Shown here in pieces: positions 27,385-39,120 of a DNA stretch of 64,000 nucleotides (position 1 is the first letter of the stretch; every line of letters begins with the position of its first letter). Location: assembly GCA_964057225.1 (NCBI GenBank), contig OZ059900.1, positions 9,300,001-9,364,000 of the forward strand, read 5' to 3'. The stretch comes from Auanema rhodensis. Its lineage: Eukaryota > Animalia > Nematoda. The notes under the pieces were generated by a model, which worked only from the letters and a program-made list of their open reading frames with translations, ran no database searches and was not told the origin of the DNA. Made by a program: the position numbers and the translations under genes.

Positions 27385-27729
27385 CAGTCAACTTCGCTGG
27401 CCGTGGTATCAGAAAGTGCACAACTTTTGGCAGAAATAAAACATCTGCGTTATATTCTTTTATTCATTGTCTTATGAAAAGAAAACCGTCTTTTATTTTT
27501 TTACATCGTGAAATGAATATTCTATTGCTCATTTCGTTTACATGAAATGATATATTAAATAACTTTTCCATGATCATTAATATATCCACAAGTACTATCA
27601 GGTATTTATTATAAATAAAATAAAAAATATAAACAAAGTATAATAATTGTTTATTATAACAAAAAACAAATTTATAGTTAAATATCGAATAAATAAAATC
27701 TCAAGTAGATGTCTGTCAGTTGTTAAGTT

Positions 27730-28089
27730 TTATTCAGGATCATTGAAAACCTCGGCGCTGAAAAGAAACTTCATTACAAATCAGAATTACAACACTTACG
27801 TTTTCATCTTCAAACTGTCATTTAATCCTCTGAATCTATACTTTTGGTAATTAAACTCGGCCAATTCATCAGCAGAGACAAGACTTCCTTCGCGTAAGCT
27901 TTGCTTTATTTCACTAAGCATTTATTCCATTTTATCAAACATCATACAATGAAGTTTGAGATGTTTCACTTGTAAGATGTGAGTTAACCGGTCTTCTACT
28001 CGAGTATGAGAAGCAAACTCGGTTAACTTCTGTTCACAAAGATCTCTGATTTGTTCATCACTGAGATCGTTTTCGTTGTTCATGCTCAT
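27730..28089 (-). pseudogene. Repeat gene B, copy 2: two-exon paralogue of gene A with an internal TAA
   Basis: TTTCCAG acceptor 8 nt before ATG; exon 28089-27800; 42-nt GTAAGT...TTTTCAG intron; exon 27757-27730 with AATAAA over the stop. 105 codons, TAA at codon 56 (27922-27924). Confidence 0.7.
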
Positions 28090-28326
28090 CTCTTTAACTG
28101 GAAATAAGTATTTAACTTTAAAAACAACAGCAATTCCAATAAAATGATCGAAAACATTAAAAAAACATATAAAATTGTTATACAGAAGAATAATTAAATC
28201 GATATAGTGTTTGAAATTCTCGCAATATCTAACTATCCCGCGTATTATTAGAGCACATAAGTGGTTATCAACAACCATTCTTTCTTAAACTTATTTTTTA
28301 ATTCTTCAAAGACTATTAACAAAGAG

Positions 28327-28350
28327 AAAAAGGTTTACGGCACCCGGGAT
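28327..28350 (-). pseudogene. 5S rRNA 3'-end remnant, copy 2
   Basis: Copy 1 + 2676. Confidence 0.75.
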
Positions 28351-29094
28351 GACTTACGTGAGGGATCAGATTTGTTCAATTGGTGAATATCTTATTTTTT
28401 CTTTCATAAAATTGAATATATATATAAATATATGATAAACATAAAGTTTTTATATAAAAGTCACAAAACAATTTAGAGTAACTGAAATCTTTATAAACAC
28501 ATGTCACTAGTAGCCCGAGCCCTTTCCTTCATATTCATCAATTTATATACAAATATATTTTTATTACATAGTTCGTCATGAATATGTAGATAAAGAGAAA
28601 CATTAGAAGAAAATTATTTTGAAAAAAGTATAATATACCGTACACCACAACTCTCTATAAAACATTCTCAGGATAATTCCCAAATTTGCCCTTTAAACTC
28701 ATTTAATATGCTGTTGAGAAAATGAGCACAAAATTTAAATTTTTTTTTAAAAAGTGAATGAAAATGTTTCTTCAAGTTTACTCCAATTGTAGTTTTCGAA
28801 ATAATTTCTATCATACCAGTTCGAATGATGATAATGGTATGTGAAATATATAAACGCTTTAAGCATTCATAAGATTTTTATTTTCTTAAAAATAGTACAA
28901 AATTGAAAAATTGTTAAAAGTCTTGCGGTCATCATAACCTTAAACAAGTTCTAATTCAAAAATAAAAAAAACAAATCACAGCATATTCACAGAATACAAT
29001 CAAGTTATTTGAATACAAATAACATAATTCACAAGACAAAGGCAAAAATTCATAATTTAATAGAATATAGCATACAGTTTACAACTCACTATGT

Positions 29095-29667
29095 TTAATC
29101 CTTGTTATCTATAATTTCTTTGAAATATCTTCTAGTCTCCTCATATTCTGTCATTAATGGCTTTGGAACTGTCATGTTGTTATCGAAATAAACTTCGATT
29201 TCACTGGCAAGAAATCGAAGATGCTGAGTCATAAGGGAATGAAGCTTTCGATATTCTTTGAACATGTTATTTTTATGCTCTTGTTCTCTTCTATAGTTTT
29301 CCTCTTCAGCTAATTCAATTTTCATTAAAACTTGTTCAATTTTCCGATGCATCTTTGTTTCGTCTGTCAGTAAACCAAAATCAAAGAGCATACGATTATT
29401 CATTTCTTCGTCGTCGGAAACTGTTCCGTTGTTGTGATTTAGTGCTTTCTATTATAAACGATCAAGAGATTCATAAAGGAGATATTATCCAAACCTTGTT
29501 ACTACTGTTTTCAGTGGACATCACGTTTCTTCTTCTACTCTGCCGAATATTTTGTGATTGTCTCTTTGACTCTTTTCTCACAACTTTTCCTTCATTAACA
29601 AATGATTCATCAACAAAATTCTACAACAATATAAATTGGAAATAACATAACAAAATTTACTAACCAT
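29095..29667 (-). CDS. Repeat gene A, copy 2
   Basis: Copy 1 + 2676; identical ORF in the track. Confidence 0.8.
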
Positions 29668-29912
29668 TTTGATCTTCGATGACCTACTTGGTTAAACTAA
29701 GACAATTGAAATTACTGAAAAATAAAAGAATTAAATTTTAAAAAAGTATTTAACAAGCTATATATGTAAAAAAATAATAATTGGAAATAGAATCATTACG
29801 ACATTTGGAGCATTTTTTATTTAAAATATAATTTATTCGCGCGTATCAATAGAGCGTGTATCTGATTATCAATAACTATTTTCTTAAACTTTTTTTTTCT
29901 GAAAAAAGAAAA

Positions 29913-30031
29913 AGCTTACGGCACCCGGGATTCCCAAGCCGTCTCCGATCCAAGTACTAACCGGGCCCAACGTTGCTTGACTTGCCAGATCGGACGGGAT
30001 GGCGTACTTTCAACGTGGTATGGTCGTAAGC
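29913..30031 (-). rRNA. 5S rRNA, copy 2
   Basis: Identical to copy 1. Confidence 0.98.
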
Positions 30032-30405
30032 GAAGGCAAAGTTTTGGTGTACGCTTATAACAGTCAACTTCGCTGGCCGTGGTATCAGAAAGTGCACAAC
30101 TTTTGGCAGAAATAAAACATCTGCGTTATATTCTTTTATTCATTGTCTTATGAAAAGAAAACCGTCTTTTATTTTTTTACATCGTGAAATGAATATTCTA
30201 TTGCTCATTTCGTTTACATGAAATGATATATTAAATAACTTTTCCATGATCATTAATATATCCACAAGTACTATCAGGTATTTATTATAAATAAAATAAA
30301 AAATATAAACAAAGTATAATAATTGTTTATTATAACAAAAAACAAATTTATAGTTAAATATCGAATAAATAAAATCTCAAGTAGATGTCTGTCAGTTGTT
30401 AAGTT

Positions 30406-30765
30406 TTATTCAGGATCATTGAAAACCTCGGCGCTGAAAAGAAACTTCATTACAAATCAGAATTACAACACTTACGTTTTCATCTTCAAACTGTCATTTA
30501 ATCCTCTGAATCTATACTTTTGGTAATTAAACTCGGCCAATTCATCAGCAGAGACAAGACTTCCTTCGCGTAAGCTTTGCTTTATTTCACTAAGCATTTA
30601 TTCCATTTTATCAAACATCATACAATGAAGTTTGAGATGTTTCACTTGTAAGATGTGAGTTAACCGGTCTTCTACTCGAGTATGAGAAGCAAACTCGGTT
30701 AACTTCTGTTCACAAAGATCTCTGATTTGTTCATCACTGAGATCGTTTTCGTTGTTCATGCTCAT
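30406..30765 (-). pseudogene. Repeat gene B, copy 3
   Basis: Copy 2 + 2676; same internal TAA. Confidence 0.7.
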
Positions 30766-31002
30766 CTCTTTAACTGGAAATAAGTATTTAACTTTAAAAA
30801 CAACAGCAATTCCAATAAAATGATCGAAAACATTAAAAAAACATATAAAATTGTTATACAGAAGAATAATTAAATCGATATAGTGTTTGAAATTCTCGCA
30901 ATATCTAACTATCCCGCGTATTATTAGAGCACATAAGTGGTTATCAACAACCATTCTTTCTTAAACTTATTTTTTAATTCTTCAAAGACTATTAACAAAG
31001 AG

Positions 31003-31026
31003 AAAAAGGTTTACGGCACCCGGGAT
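31003..31026 (-). pseudogene. 5S rRNA 3'-end remnant, copy 3
   Basis: Copy 1 + 5352. Confidence 0.75.
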
Positions 31027-31770
31027 GACTTACGTGAGGGATCAGATTTGTTCAATTGGTGAATATCTTATTTTTTCTTTCATAAAATTGAATATATATA
31101 TAAATATATGATAAACATAAAGTTTTTATATAAAAGTCACAAAACAATTTAGAGTAACTGAAATCTTTATAAACACATGTCACTAGTAGCCCGAGCCCTT
31201 TCCTTCATATTCATCAATTTATATACAAATATATTTTTATTACATAGTTCGTCATGAATATGTAGATAAAGAGAAACATTAGAAGAAAATTATTTTGAAA
31301 AAAGTATAATATACCGTACACCACAACTCTCTATAAAACATTCTCAGGATAATTCCCAAATTTGCCCTTTAAACTCATTTAATATGCTGTTGAGAAAATG
31401 AGCACAAAATTTAAATTTTTTTTTAAAAAGTGAATGAAAATGTTTCTTCAAGTTTACTCCAATTGTAGTTTTCGAAATAATTTCTATCATACCAGTTCGA
31501 ATGATGATAATGGTATGTGAAATATATAAACGCTTTAAGCATTCATAAGATTTTTATTTTCTTAAAAATAGTACAAAATTGAAAAATTGTTAAAAGTCTT
31601 GCGGTCATCATAACCTTAAACAAGTTCTAATTCAAAAATAAAAAAAACAAATCACAGCATATTCACAGAATACAATCAAGTTATTTGAATACAAATAACA
31701 TAATTCACAAGACAAAGGCAAAAATTCATAATTTAATAGAATATAGCATACAGTTTACAACTCACTATGT

Positions 31771-32343
31771 TTAATCCTTGTTATCTATAATTTCTTTGAA
31801 ATATCTTCTAGTCTCCTCATATTCTGTCATTAATGGCTTTGGAACTGTCATGTTGTTATCGAAATAAACTTCGATTTCACTGGCAAGAAATCGAAGATGC
31901 TGAGTCATAAGGGAATGAAGCTTTCGATATTCTTTGAACATGTTATTTTTATGCTCTTGTTCTCTTCTATAGTTTTCCTCTTCAGCTAATTCAATTTTCA
32001 TTAAAACTTGTTCAATTTTCCGATGCATCTTTGTTTCGTCTGTCAGTAAACCAAAATCAAAGAGCATACGATTATTCATTTCTTCGTCGTCGGAAACTGT
32101 TCCGTTGTTGTGATTTAGTGCTTTCTATTATAAACGATCAAGAGATTCATAAAGGAGATATTATCCAAACCTTGTTACTACTGTTTTCAGTGGACATCAC
32201 GTTTCTTCTTCTACTCTGCCGAATATTTTGTGATTGTCTCTTTGACTCTTTTCTCACAACTTTTCCTTCATTAACAAATGATTCATCAACAAAATTCTAC
32301 AACAATATAAATTGGAAATAACATAACAAAATTTACTAACCAT
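31771..32343 (-). CDS. Repeat gene A, copy 3
   Basis: Copy 1 + 5352; identical ORF in the track. Confidence 0.8.
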
Positions 32344-32588
32344 TTTGATCTTCGATGACCTACTTGGTTAAACTAAGACAATTGAAATTACTGAAAAATA
32401 AAAGAATTAAATTTTAAAAAAGTATTTAACAAGCTATATATGTAAAAAAATAATAATTGGAAATAGAATCATTACGACATTTGGAGCATTTTTTATTTAA
32501 AATATAATTTATTCGCGCGTATCAATAGAGCGTGTATCTGATTATCAATAACTATTTTCTTAAACTTTTTTTTTCTGAAAAAAGAAAA

Positions 32589-32707
32589 AGCTTACGGCAC
32601 CCGGGATTCCCAAGCCGTCTCCGATCCAAGTACTAACCGGGCCCAACGTTGCTTGACTTGCCAGATCGGACGGGATGGCGTACTTTCAACGTGGTATGGT
32701 CGTAAGC
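32589..32707 (-). rRNA. 5S rRNA, copy 3
   Basis: Identical to copy 1. Confidence 0.98.
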
Positions 32708-33081
32708 GAAGGCAAAGTTTTGTTGTACGCTTATAACAGTCAACTTCGCTGGCCGTGGTATCAGAAAGTGCACAACTTTTGGCAGAAATAAAACATCTGC
32801 GTTATATTCTTTTATTCATTGTCTTATGAAAAGAAAACCGTCTTTTATTTTTTTACATCGTGAAATGAATATTCTATTGCTCATTTCGTTTACATGAAAT
32901 GATATATTAAATAACTTTTCCATGATCATTAATATATCCACAAGTACTATCAGGTATTTATTATAAATAAAATAAAAAATATAAACAAAGTATAATAATT
33001 GTTTATTATAACAAAAAACAAATTTATAGTTAAATATCGAATAAATAAAATCTCAAGTAGATGTCTGTCAGTTGTTAAGTT

Positions 33082-33441
33082 TTATTCAGGATCATTGAAA
33101 ACCTCGGCGCTGAAAAGAAACTTCATTACAAATCAGAATTACAACACTTACGTTTTCATCTTCAAACTGTCATTTAATCCTCTGAATCTATACTTTTGGT
33201 AATTAAACTCGGCCAATTCATCAGCAGAGACAAGACTTCCTTCGCGTAAGCTTTGCTTTATTTCACTAAGCATTTATTCCATTTTATCAAACATCATACA
33301 ATGAAGTTTGAGATGTTTCACTTGTAAGATGTGAGTTAACCGGTCTTCTACTCGAGTATGAGAAGCAAACTCGGTTAACTTCTGTTCACAAAGATCTCTG
33401 ATTTGTTCATCACTGAGATCGTTTTCGTTGTTCATGCTCAT
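33082..33441 (-). pseudogene. Repeat gene B, copy 4
   Basis: Copy 2 + 5352; same internal TAA. Confidence 0.7.
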
Positions 33442-33678
33442 CTCTTTAACTGGAAATAAGTATTTAACTTTAAAAACAACAGCAATTCCAATAAAATGAT
33501 CGAAAACATTAAAAAAACATATAAAATTGTTATACAGAAGAATAATTAAATCGATATAGTGTTTGAAATTCTCGCAATATCTAACTATCCCGCGTATTAT
33601 TAGAGCACATAAGTGGTTATCAACAACCATTCTTTCTTAAACTTATTTTTTAATTCTTCAAAGACTATTAACAAAGAG

Positions 33679-33702
33679 AAAAAGGTTTACGGCACCCGGG
33701 AT
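33679..33702 (-). pseudogene. 5S rRNA 3'-end remnant, copy 4
   Basis: Copy 1 + 8028. Confidence 0.75.
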
Positions 33703-34446
33703 GACTTACGTGAGGGATCAGATTTGTTCAATTGGTGAATATCTTATTTTTTCTTTCATAAAATTGAATATATATATAAATATATGATAAACATAAAGTT
33801 TTTATATAAAAGTCACAAAACAATTTAGAGTAACTGAAATCTTTATAAACACATGTCACTAGTAGCCCGAGCCCTTTCCTTCATATTCATCAATTTATAT
33901 ACAAATATATTTTTATTACATAGTTCGTCATGAATATGTAGATAAAGAGAAACATTAGAAGAAAATTATTTTGAAAAAAGTATAATATACCGTACACCAC
34001 AACTCTCTATAAAACATTCTCAGGATAATTCCCAAATTTGCCCTTTAAACTCATTTAATATGCTGTTGAGAAAATGAGCACAAAATTTAAATTTTTTTTT
34101 AAAAAGTGAATGAAAATGTTTCTTCAAGTTTACTCCAATTGTAGTTTTCGAAATAATTTCTATCATACCAGTTCGAATGATGATAATGGTATGTGAAATA
34201 TATAAACGCTTTAAGCATTCATAAGATTTTTATTTTCTTAAAAATAGTACAAAATTGAAAAATTGTTAAAAGTCTTGCGGTCATCATAACCTTAAACAAG
34301 TTCTAATTCAAAAATAAAAAAAACAAATCACAGCATATTCACAGAATACAATCAAGTTATTTGAATACAAATAACATAATTCACAAGACAAAGGCAAAAA
34401 TTCATAATTTAATAGAATATAGCATACAGTTTACAACTCACTATGT

Positions 34447-35019
34447 TTAATCCTTGTTATCTATAATTTCTTTGAAATATCTTCTAGTCTCCTCATATTC
34501 TGTCATTAATGGCTTTGGAACTGTCATGTTGTTATCGAAATAAACTTCGATTTCACTGGCAAGAAATCGAAGATGCTGAGTCATAAGGGAATGAAGCTTT
34601 CGATATTCTTTGAACATGTTATTTTTATGCTCTTGTTCTCTTCTATAGTTTTCCTCTTCAGCTAATTCAATTTTCATTAAAACTTGTTCAATTTTCCGAT
34701 GCATCTTTGTTTCGTCTGTCAGTAAACCAAAATCAAAGAGCATACGATTATTCATTTCTTCGTCGTCGGAAACTGTTCCGTTGTTGTGATTTAGTGCTTT
34801 CTATTATAAACGATCAAGAGATTCATAAAGGAGATATTATCCAAACCTTGTTACTACTGTTTTCAGTGGACATCACGTTTCTTCTTCTACTCTGCCGAAT
34901 ATTTTGTGATTGTCTCTTTGACTCTTTTCTCACAACTTTTCCTTCATTAACAAATGATTCATCAACAAAATTCTACAACAATATAAATTGGAAATAACAT
35001 AACAAAATTTACTAACCAT
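34447..35019 (-). CDS. Repeat gene A, copy 4
   Basis: Copy 1 + 8028; identical ORF in the track. Confidence 0.8.
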
Positions 35020-35264
35020 TTTGATCTTCGATGACCTACTTGGTTAAACTAAGACAATTGAAATTACTGAAAAATAAAAGAATTAAATTTTAAAAAAGTA
35101 TTTAACAAGCTATATATGTAAAAAAATAATAATTGGAAATAGAATCATTACGACATTTGGAGCATTTTTTATTTAAAATATAATTTATTCGCGCGTATCA
35201 ATAGAGCGTGTATCTGATTATCAATAACTATTTTCTTAAACTTTTTTTTTCTGAAAAAAGAAAA

Positions 35265-35383
35265 AGCTTACGGCACCCGGGATTCCCAAGCCGTCTCCGA
35301 TCCAAGTACTAACCGGGCCCAACGTTGCTTGACTTGCCAGATCGGACGGGATGGCGTACTTTCAACGTGGTATGGTCGTAAGC
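35265..35383 (-). rRNA. 5S rRNA, copy 4
   Basis: Identical to copy 1. Confidence 0.98.
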
Positions 35384-35444
35384 GAAGGCAAAGTTTTGTT
35401 GTACGCTTATAACAGTCAACTTCGCTGACCGTGGTATCAGAAAG

Positions 35445-35740
35445 TGTCGCGGTTAGTGATTATTTCTTTTATTTTTCCTATATTTTGCTCCATTTTAGAT
35501 TTTGTTTTTCATCGTTTCTCTCTACTTTGTCTATTTCAGATTGTACTTTTCGGCCCGCCTTCCTATATCGTCATCTTTAGGATCAAAAACACTTTATACC
35601 TCAACCAAACCTCAACGGACTATAGACGATCTATATTTTGTTGAATTGTTGATTCTTTAATAAAGCATTCTACCACTGATTATCTGTTCTATTGATCCTC
35701 AGCGGAATACCGACAACCGAATACCTTCGCCGAATAGACA
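35445..35740 (+). repeat. 5' LTR (296 bp)
   Basis: Begins TGTC where the array sequence breaks off and ends GACA one base before the PBS; contains AATAAA; partly repeated at 39610-39724. Confidence 0.85.
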
Positions 35741-35741
35741 T

Positions 35742-35754
35742 TGGTGCATCGACC
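35742..35754 (+). promoter_or_regulatory. Primer-binding site, complementary to the tRNA-Gly(GCC) 3' end
   Basis: TGGTGCATCGACC is the reverse complement of GGTCGATGCACCA, the 3' end of nematode tRNA-Gly(GCC) as I recall it. Confidence 0.85.
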
Positions 35755-36025
35755 ATTACGACTCAGGTCTCTGCTTCAACAGGTATTTTAACATATAACT
35801 TGGTGGCGAATCTTAAGTCCATCAACTCAGACGTGAAATTGTCTGCAGTAACCGAAATAAATTCGAAGCATAATAACGCTTCAATATACGACAAGTCGTA
35901 TATTTTTCATTTTACATCTCGTACTTGTACACCTTTCATTACTTGTTTCCTCGAATTTTTTCGAAACTTGACTTATAATTATCAGCTATAGAAGCTTACC
36001 AATAACGCCTCATACAGGGTTAGAA

Positions 36026-37921
36026 ATGGCTTCTTCAGTTGTTATCCAAATCCGTCGATCATACAACTTCTTAACCGTTTTGCTCAAACGCTACGCAAAA
36101 CTGTTCGACAATGAACCCGCTGGGGTATCTGATTCTGAAATTACATACGAAAGAATCGCTCTGCTTCAATCTACGTTACGCAATCACGAATCCGTTTTGA
36201 AAGAGTTTTCTACAACTCTCGACGCATTGAACAAAGACATTGAAAAATTCGGAAATCTTTTTAAAGATTCTGATAAAGAACAACGAGACGAAATGAAATC
36301 ATTATACGAAGAACTTGAAGAAAATCCAAACAATCGTCAAGCTCACAATATAGCTGACGAACAAAGATTATTACTCCTTGAGCGTATTAATCATATTAAA
36401 ACCGCAATTGCTTATGTTGAATTATCACTTCCAGAGAAAAAAAACAAAAACGTAACCGAAAACACTGGTACCGAAACAATACAACTTTGTTCAAATTTAT
36501 TACAATTCTTACAAACAAACAATCCCACTCAGCGTCCGGTAACTCAAATACCGACTTTCGATGGCACAAGGGGCATTGAACTGAATGAAAACAATTATTT
36601 TCGACTGAGAAAAGCTGATGAAGATGCACATATGAGATATGCTACAGATAAACTTCAATTATTGAGGAAAATGAAAAATTTATCTCCTGCTTCTGATGCA
36701 AAAAGCTGTAAGCAATTATTTGATTTGATCCGAAGCTATGATCGTCAAATTACAGCCGCTGGAAGTCATATTTGTCCTGAATTTTTCTTTACTAATTGCG
36801 CTGATAAATTTCCTCATTATATATTGAGTGAACTATATCGTCAACCAGATCCTCTAGATCAATCAATGGATGACATTTATCAACATCTCTCTTCACGAAT
36901 TTATGAATTTTATTTAATGGACAGTAGAAAACGAAATTCAGAACATGACTCACATAATTCACCAAATCATGGAAAACATGTTGATAAAACTTTCGACAAA
37001 TCCACTAAAAAGATTTGGACTTGTGTTTTTTGTGGTAAAAAAGGACATCCATCTTATTATTGCCGTACTTATGACACACCACAGAAAAAACGTGAAATCT
37101 TAAAGAACAAAGAAGTATGCTGGCTTTGTTTTTCTCCTTCACATCTCAGTCGTGATTGTTCTCGACCGAAATGTCCGAAATGCAAAAATGAGCACAACAG
37201 TTGCTTATGTCTAAATTCAGAACTTGAAACAAAGAGTCCTGAGAAAACTATCCCATCCCCAAGCATGATCATAACAGAGAGTTCAGGACAGGAAACTATC
37301 GAGGATACACATGATATAGAGATGAATCAAATTTTATTGAAAACAGCTATGACACATATATTCAGTTACACACAAAATAAATATATCACAGTAAAGGTAG
37401 TGATTAGTAGTGGCTCTATGAGTTCTTTCATACGCTCTGATATAGCTGAGGATCTTCAATTGCCTGTTAACAAAGTTCAACATCGCACATTCTTTGGAAT
37501 AGGTGGCCTCAGCGAAACACATGAATGTAAAGAAGTGAAAACTATTTTTTATACTTCTAATGGCAGTATCATAATAACCAACATGCTTACTAAACCATTC
37601 ATAGCTACATCGTTAAGAGCTCCACTTTTAGACAATAATGATCGTTCATTTATTAAAAGAAACAATATAACTTTAGCTAATAAAATGATTGATGGCCAGG
37701 CATTTCAACCAGATATTCTAATTGGATTAGATCGCTATAAGTTATTCGTTCATATGAATTCTGAACTTGAGTTACCCTCAACTTTGAGAATGCAGAATAC
37801 CAGTTTCGGTTATACCTTGTATGGTGAAATACCATATCATGAGCGAAATCATTCTGTTAGGTTAATAACAATTGATGAAATACAACAAAACAATGCAGAT
37901 GCACCCAGCTCACAGGAATAG
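36026..37921 (+). CDS. gag: BEL/Pao Gag plus aspartic-protease-like domain (631 aa, truncated polyprotein)
   Basis: IPTFDG; knuckles CVFCGKKGHPSYYC, CWLCFSPSHLSRDC and CPKCKNEHNSCLC; protease-like VISSGSMSSFI and PDILIGLD...TSFGYTLYG. The last roughly 15 codons are antisense env sequence. Confidence 0.92.
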   Translation: MASSVVIQIRRSYNFLTVLLKRYAKLFDNEPAGVSDSEITYERIALLQSTLRNHESVLKEFSTTLDALNKDIEKFGNLFKDSDKEQRDEMKSLYEELEENPNNRQAHNIADEQRLLLLERINHIKTAIAYVELSLPEKKNKNVTENTGTETIQLCSNLLQFLQTNNPTQRPVTQIPTFDGTRGIELNENNYFRLRKADEDAHMRYATDKLQLLRKMKNLSPASDAKSCKQLFDLIRSYDRQITAAGSHICPEFFFTNCADKFPHYILSELYRQPDPLDQSMDDIYQHLSSRIYEFYLMDSRKRNSEHDSHNSPNHGKHVDKTFDKSTKKIWTCVFCGKKGHPSYYCRTYDTPQKKREILKNKEVCWLCFSPSHLSRDCSRPKCPKCKNEHNSCLCLNSELETKSPEKTIPSPSMIITESSGQETIEDTHDIEMNQILLKTAMTHIFSYTQNKYITVKVVISSGSMSSFIRSDIAEDLQLPVNKVQHRTFFGIGGLSETHECKEVKTIFYTSNGSIIITNMLTKPFIATSLRAPLLDNNDRSFIKRNNITLANKMIDGQAFQPDILIGLDRYKLFVHMNSELELPSTLRMQNTSFGYTLYGEIPYHERNHSVRLITIDEIQQNNADAPSSQE

Positions 37922-38682
37922 CATCCCGAGAGACTTATCAATAAAATAAAACGAAAATCAACGGTTAGTTTAGGCAAAGTAGCCTTTGTAAAAAATTTTG
38001 TAGTTTTCTTACATTCAAAACTTGTATATAATTTTCGAATTTGAATATAACCAATAGAATGATTTTTAAATTTCATATCCAGGCATAAATCTTTAACTCC
38101 AGGAGAAAAAAGTTTTTGATCACTATATTGGTGATAACATTGAGTACGATTCAGACAATGTTTAGAAACCGAATGAATAACGTGATGATCGGTACAAGTA
38201 GAAAGCATTATTAATCAGAAATATCGTGAGTATACTGATAATTGATAATCGAGAGCCTCTTTTCCAAAATGGAGGATATAATTTAGGTTCTATAATTGGA
38301 GAAGGTTCAAAAACATCCAATAAAAACAACAAAACAGAATATTTTCAGATGAAGTTGGAGAAGGTTCAAAAACACCCAATTCAATATCACTTTGTTCCTG
38401 AGTAAGAGGTCTAAGTGTGAAAAAAGAAGATATGTAACGAATAGTATTAGACCAGGAATTATATCGATATTGATAAAATCCTATGCGTATACAGCAACAA
38501 AGGAGGCAAAATAAACAACAAAGTGGAAAAAACAATGACCACATGGCAAGATGGGGTGCGCAATGTGGGTTTCCAAGCAAATGTATGGATGAAAACTTTG
38601 CCTCTTCACATACTACAGGATTTGCAAATGCTACAGGTAAAATGATCGATATTGTGGTCAAAATTAAAATTGCAGACGTCAT
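37870..38682 (-). pseudogene. env: Env remnant: phlebovirus-like Gn/Gc glycoprotein of nematode BEL elements, internally deleted
   Basis: Signal peptide, LLGNPHCAP plus transmembrane segment (Gn end), Gc-like start CTDHHVIHSVSKHC..C..DLCL..IGYIQI..ECKKTTKFFTK, and LSGCYSCELGA (Gc domain III-like motif). Confidence 0.75.
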
Positions 38683-39120
38683 TGCTGATTTGAAATTCTT
38701 TCGCGAAGCGTATGTGATGTGATTCCGTAAAGGTAAGGTTCGAACTTTTTTTCTTTTTCAATTTACGTCGTTTTGATTAATAGTAGGCGAAATTATGGTT
38801 TGATTTGTTTTACAAGTGCTGTTGTTTTGTAATATCGTACGATTTTTGTCAGGCGTATGACCTGGGCCCCATGATTGTAATTCAGCCTCTTCCTCAAGAA
38901 TAGGATTATGTATTTTAGATGTAGGTATGTATATTTTTGAGAATTATTAATATCTGCTGATTCAGGATATGAAACAATATTGTTTAATTCGTGGATAAAG
39001 ATGAAGGTAATTGTATACCATGTTTATTGTTCAGAGTTTCCCAAGCAGCCTCTACCCTTAAAGATCATGAAATTTCTTCGGTATGAGAAGATGGACAAGC
39101 TGGTGTCATATCAGGTAAAG

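Larger units (their letters stand above)
25116..35446. repeat. Tandem array of 2676-bp 5S rDNA units (3.86 copies)
   Basis: ORF track repeats with identical proteins at exact 2676-bp offsets. Units start at 25116, 27792, 30468 and 33144 (last unit partial). Confidence 0.98.

Noticed and set aside
27836-27858. SL1-like string GAGTTTAATTACCAAAAGTATAG on the minus strand in each unit
   Set aside because: Several mismatches to GGTTTAATTACCCAAGTTTGAG, no GT donor after it and no Sm site seen; it lies in the gene B frame (EFNYQKY), which aligns with gene A.
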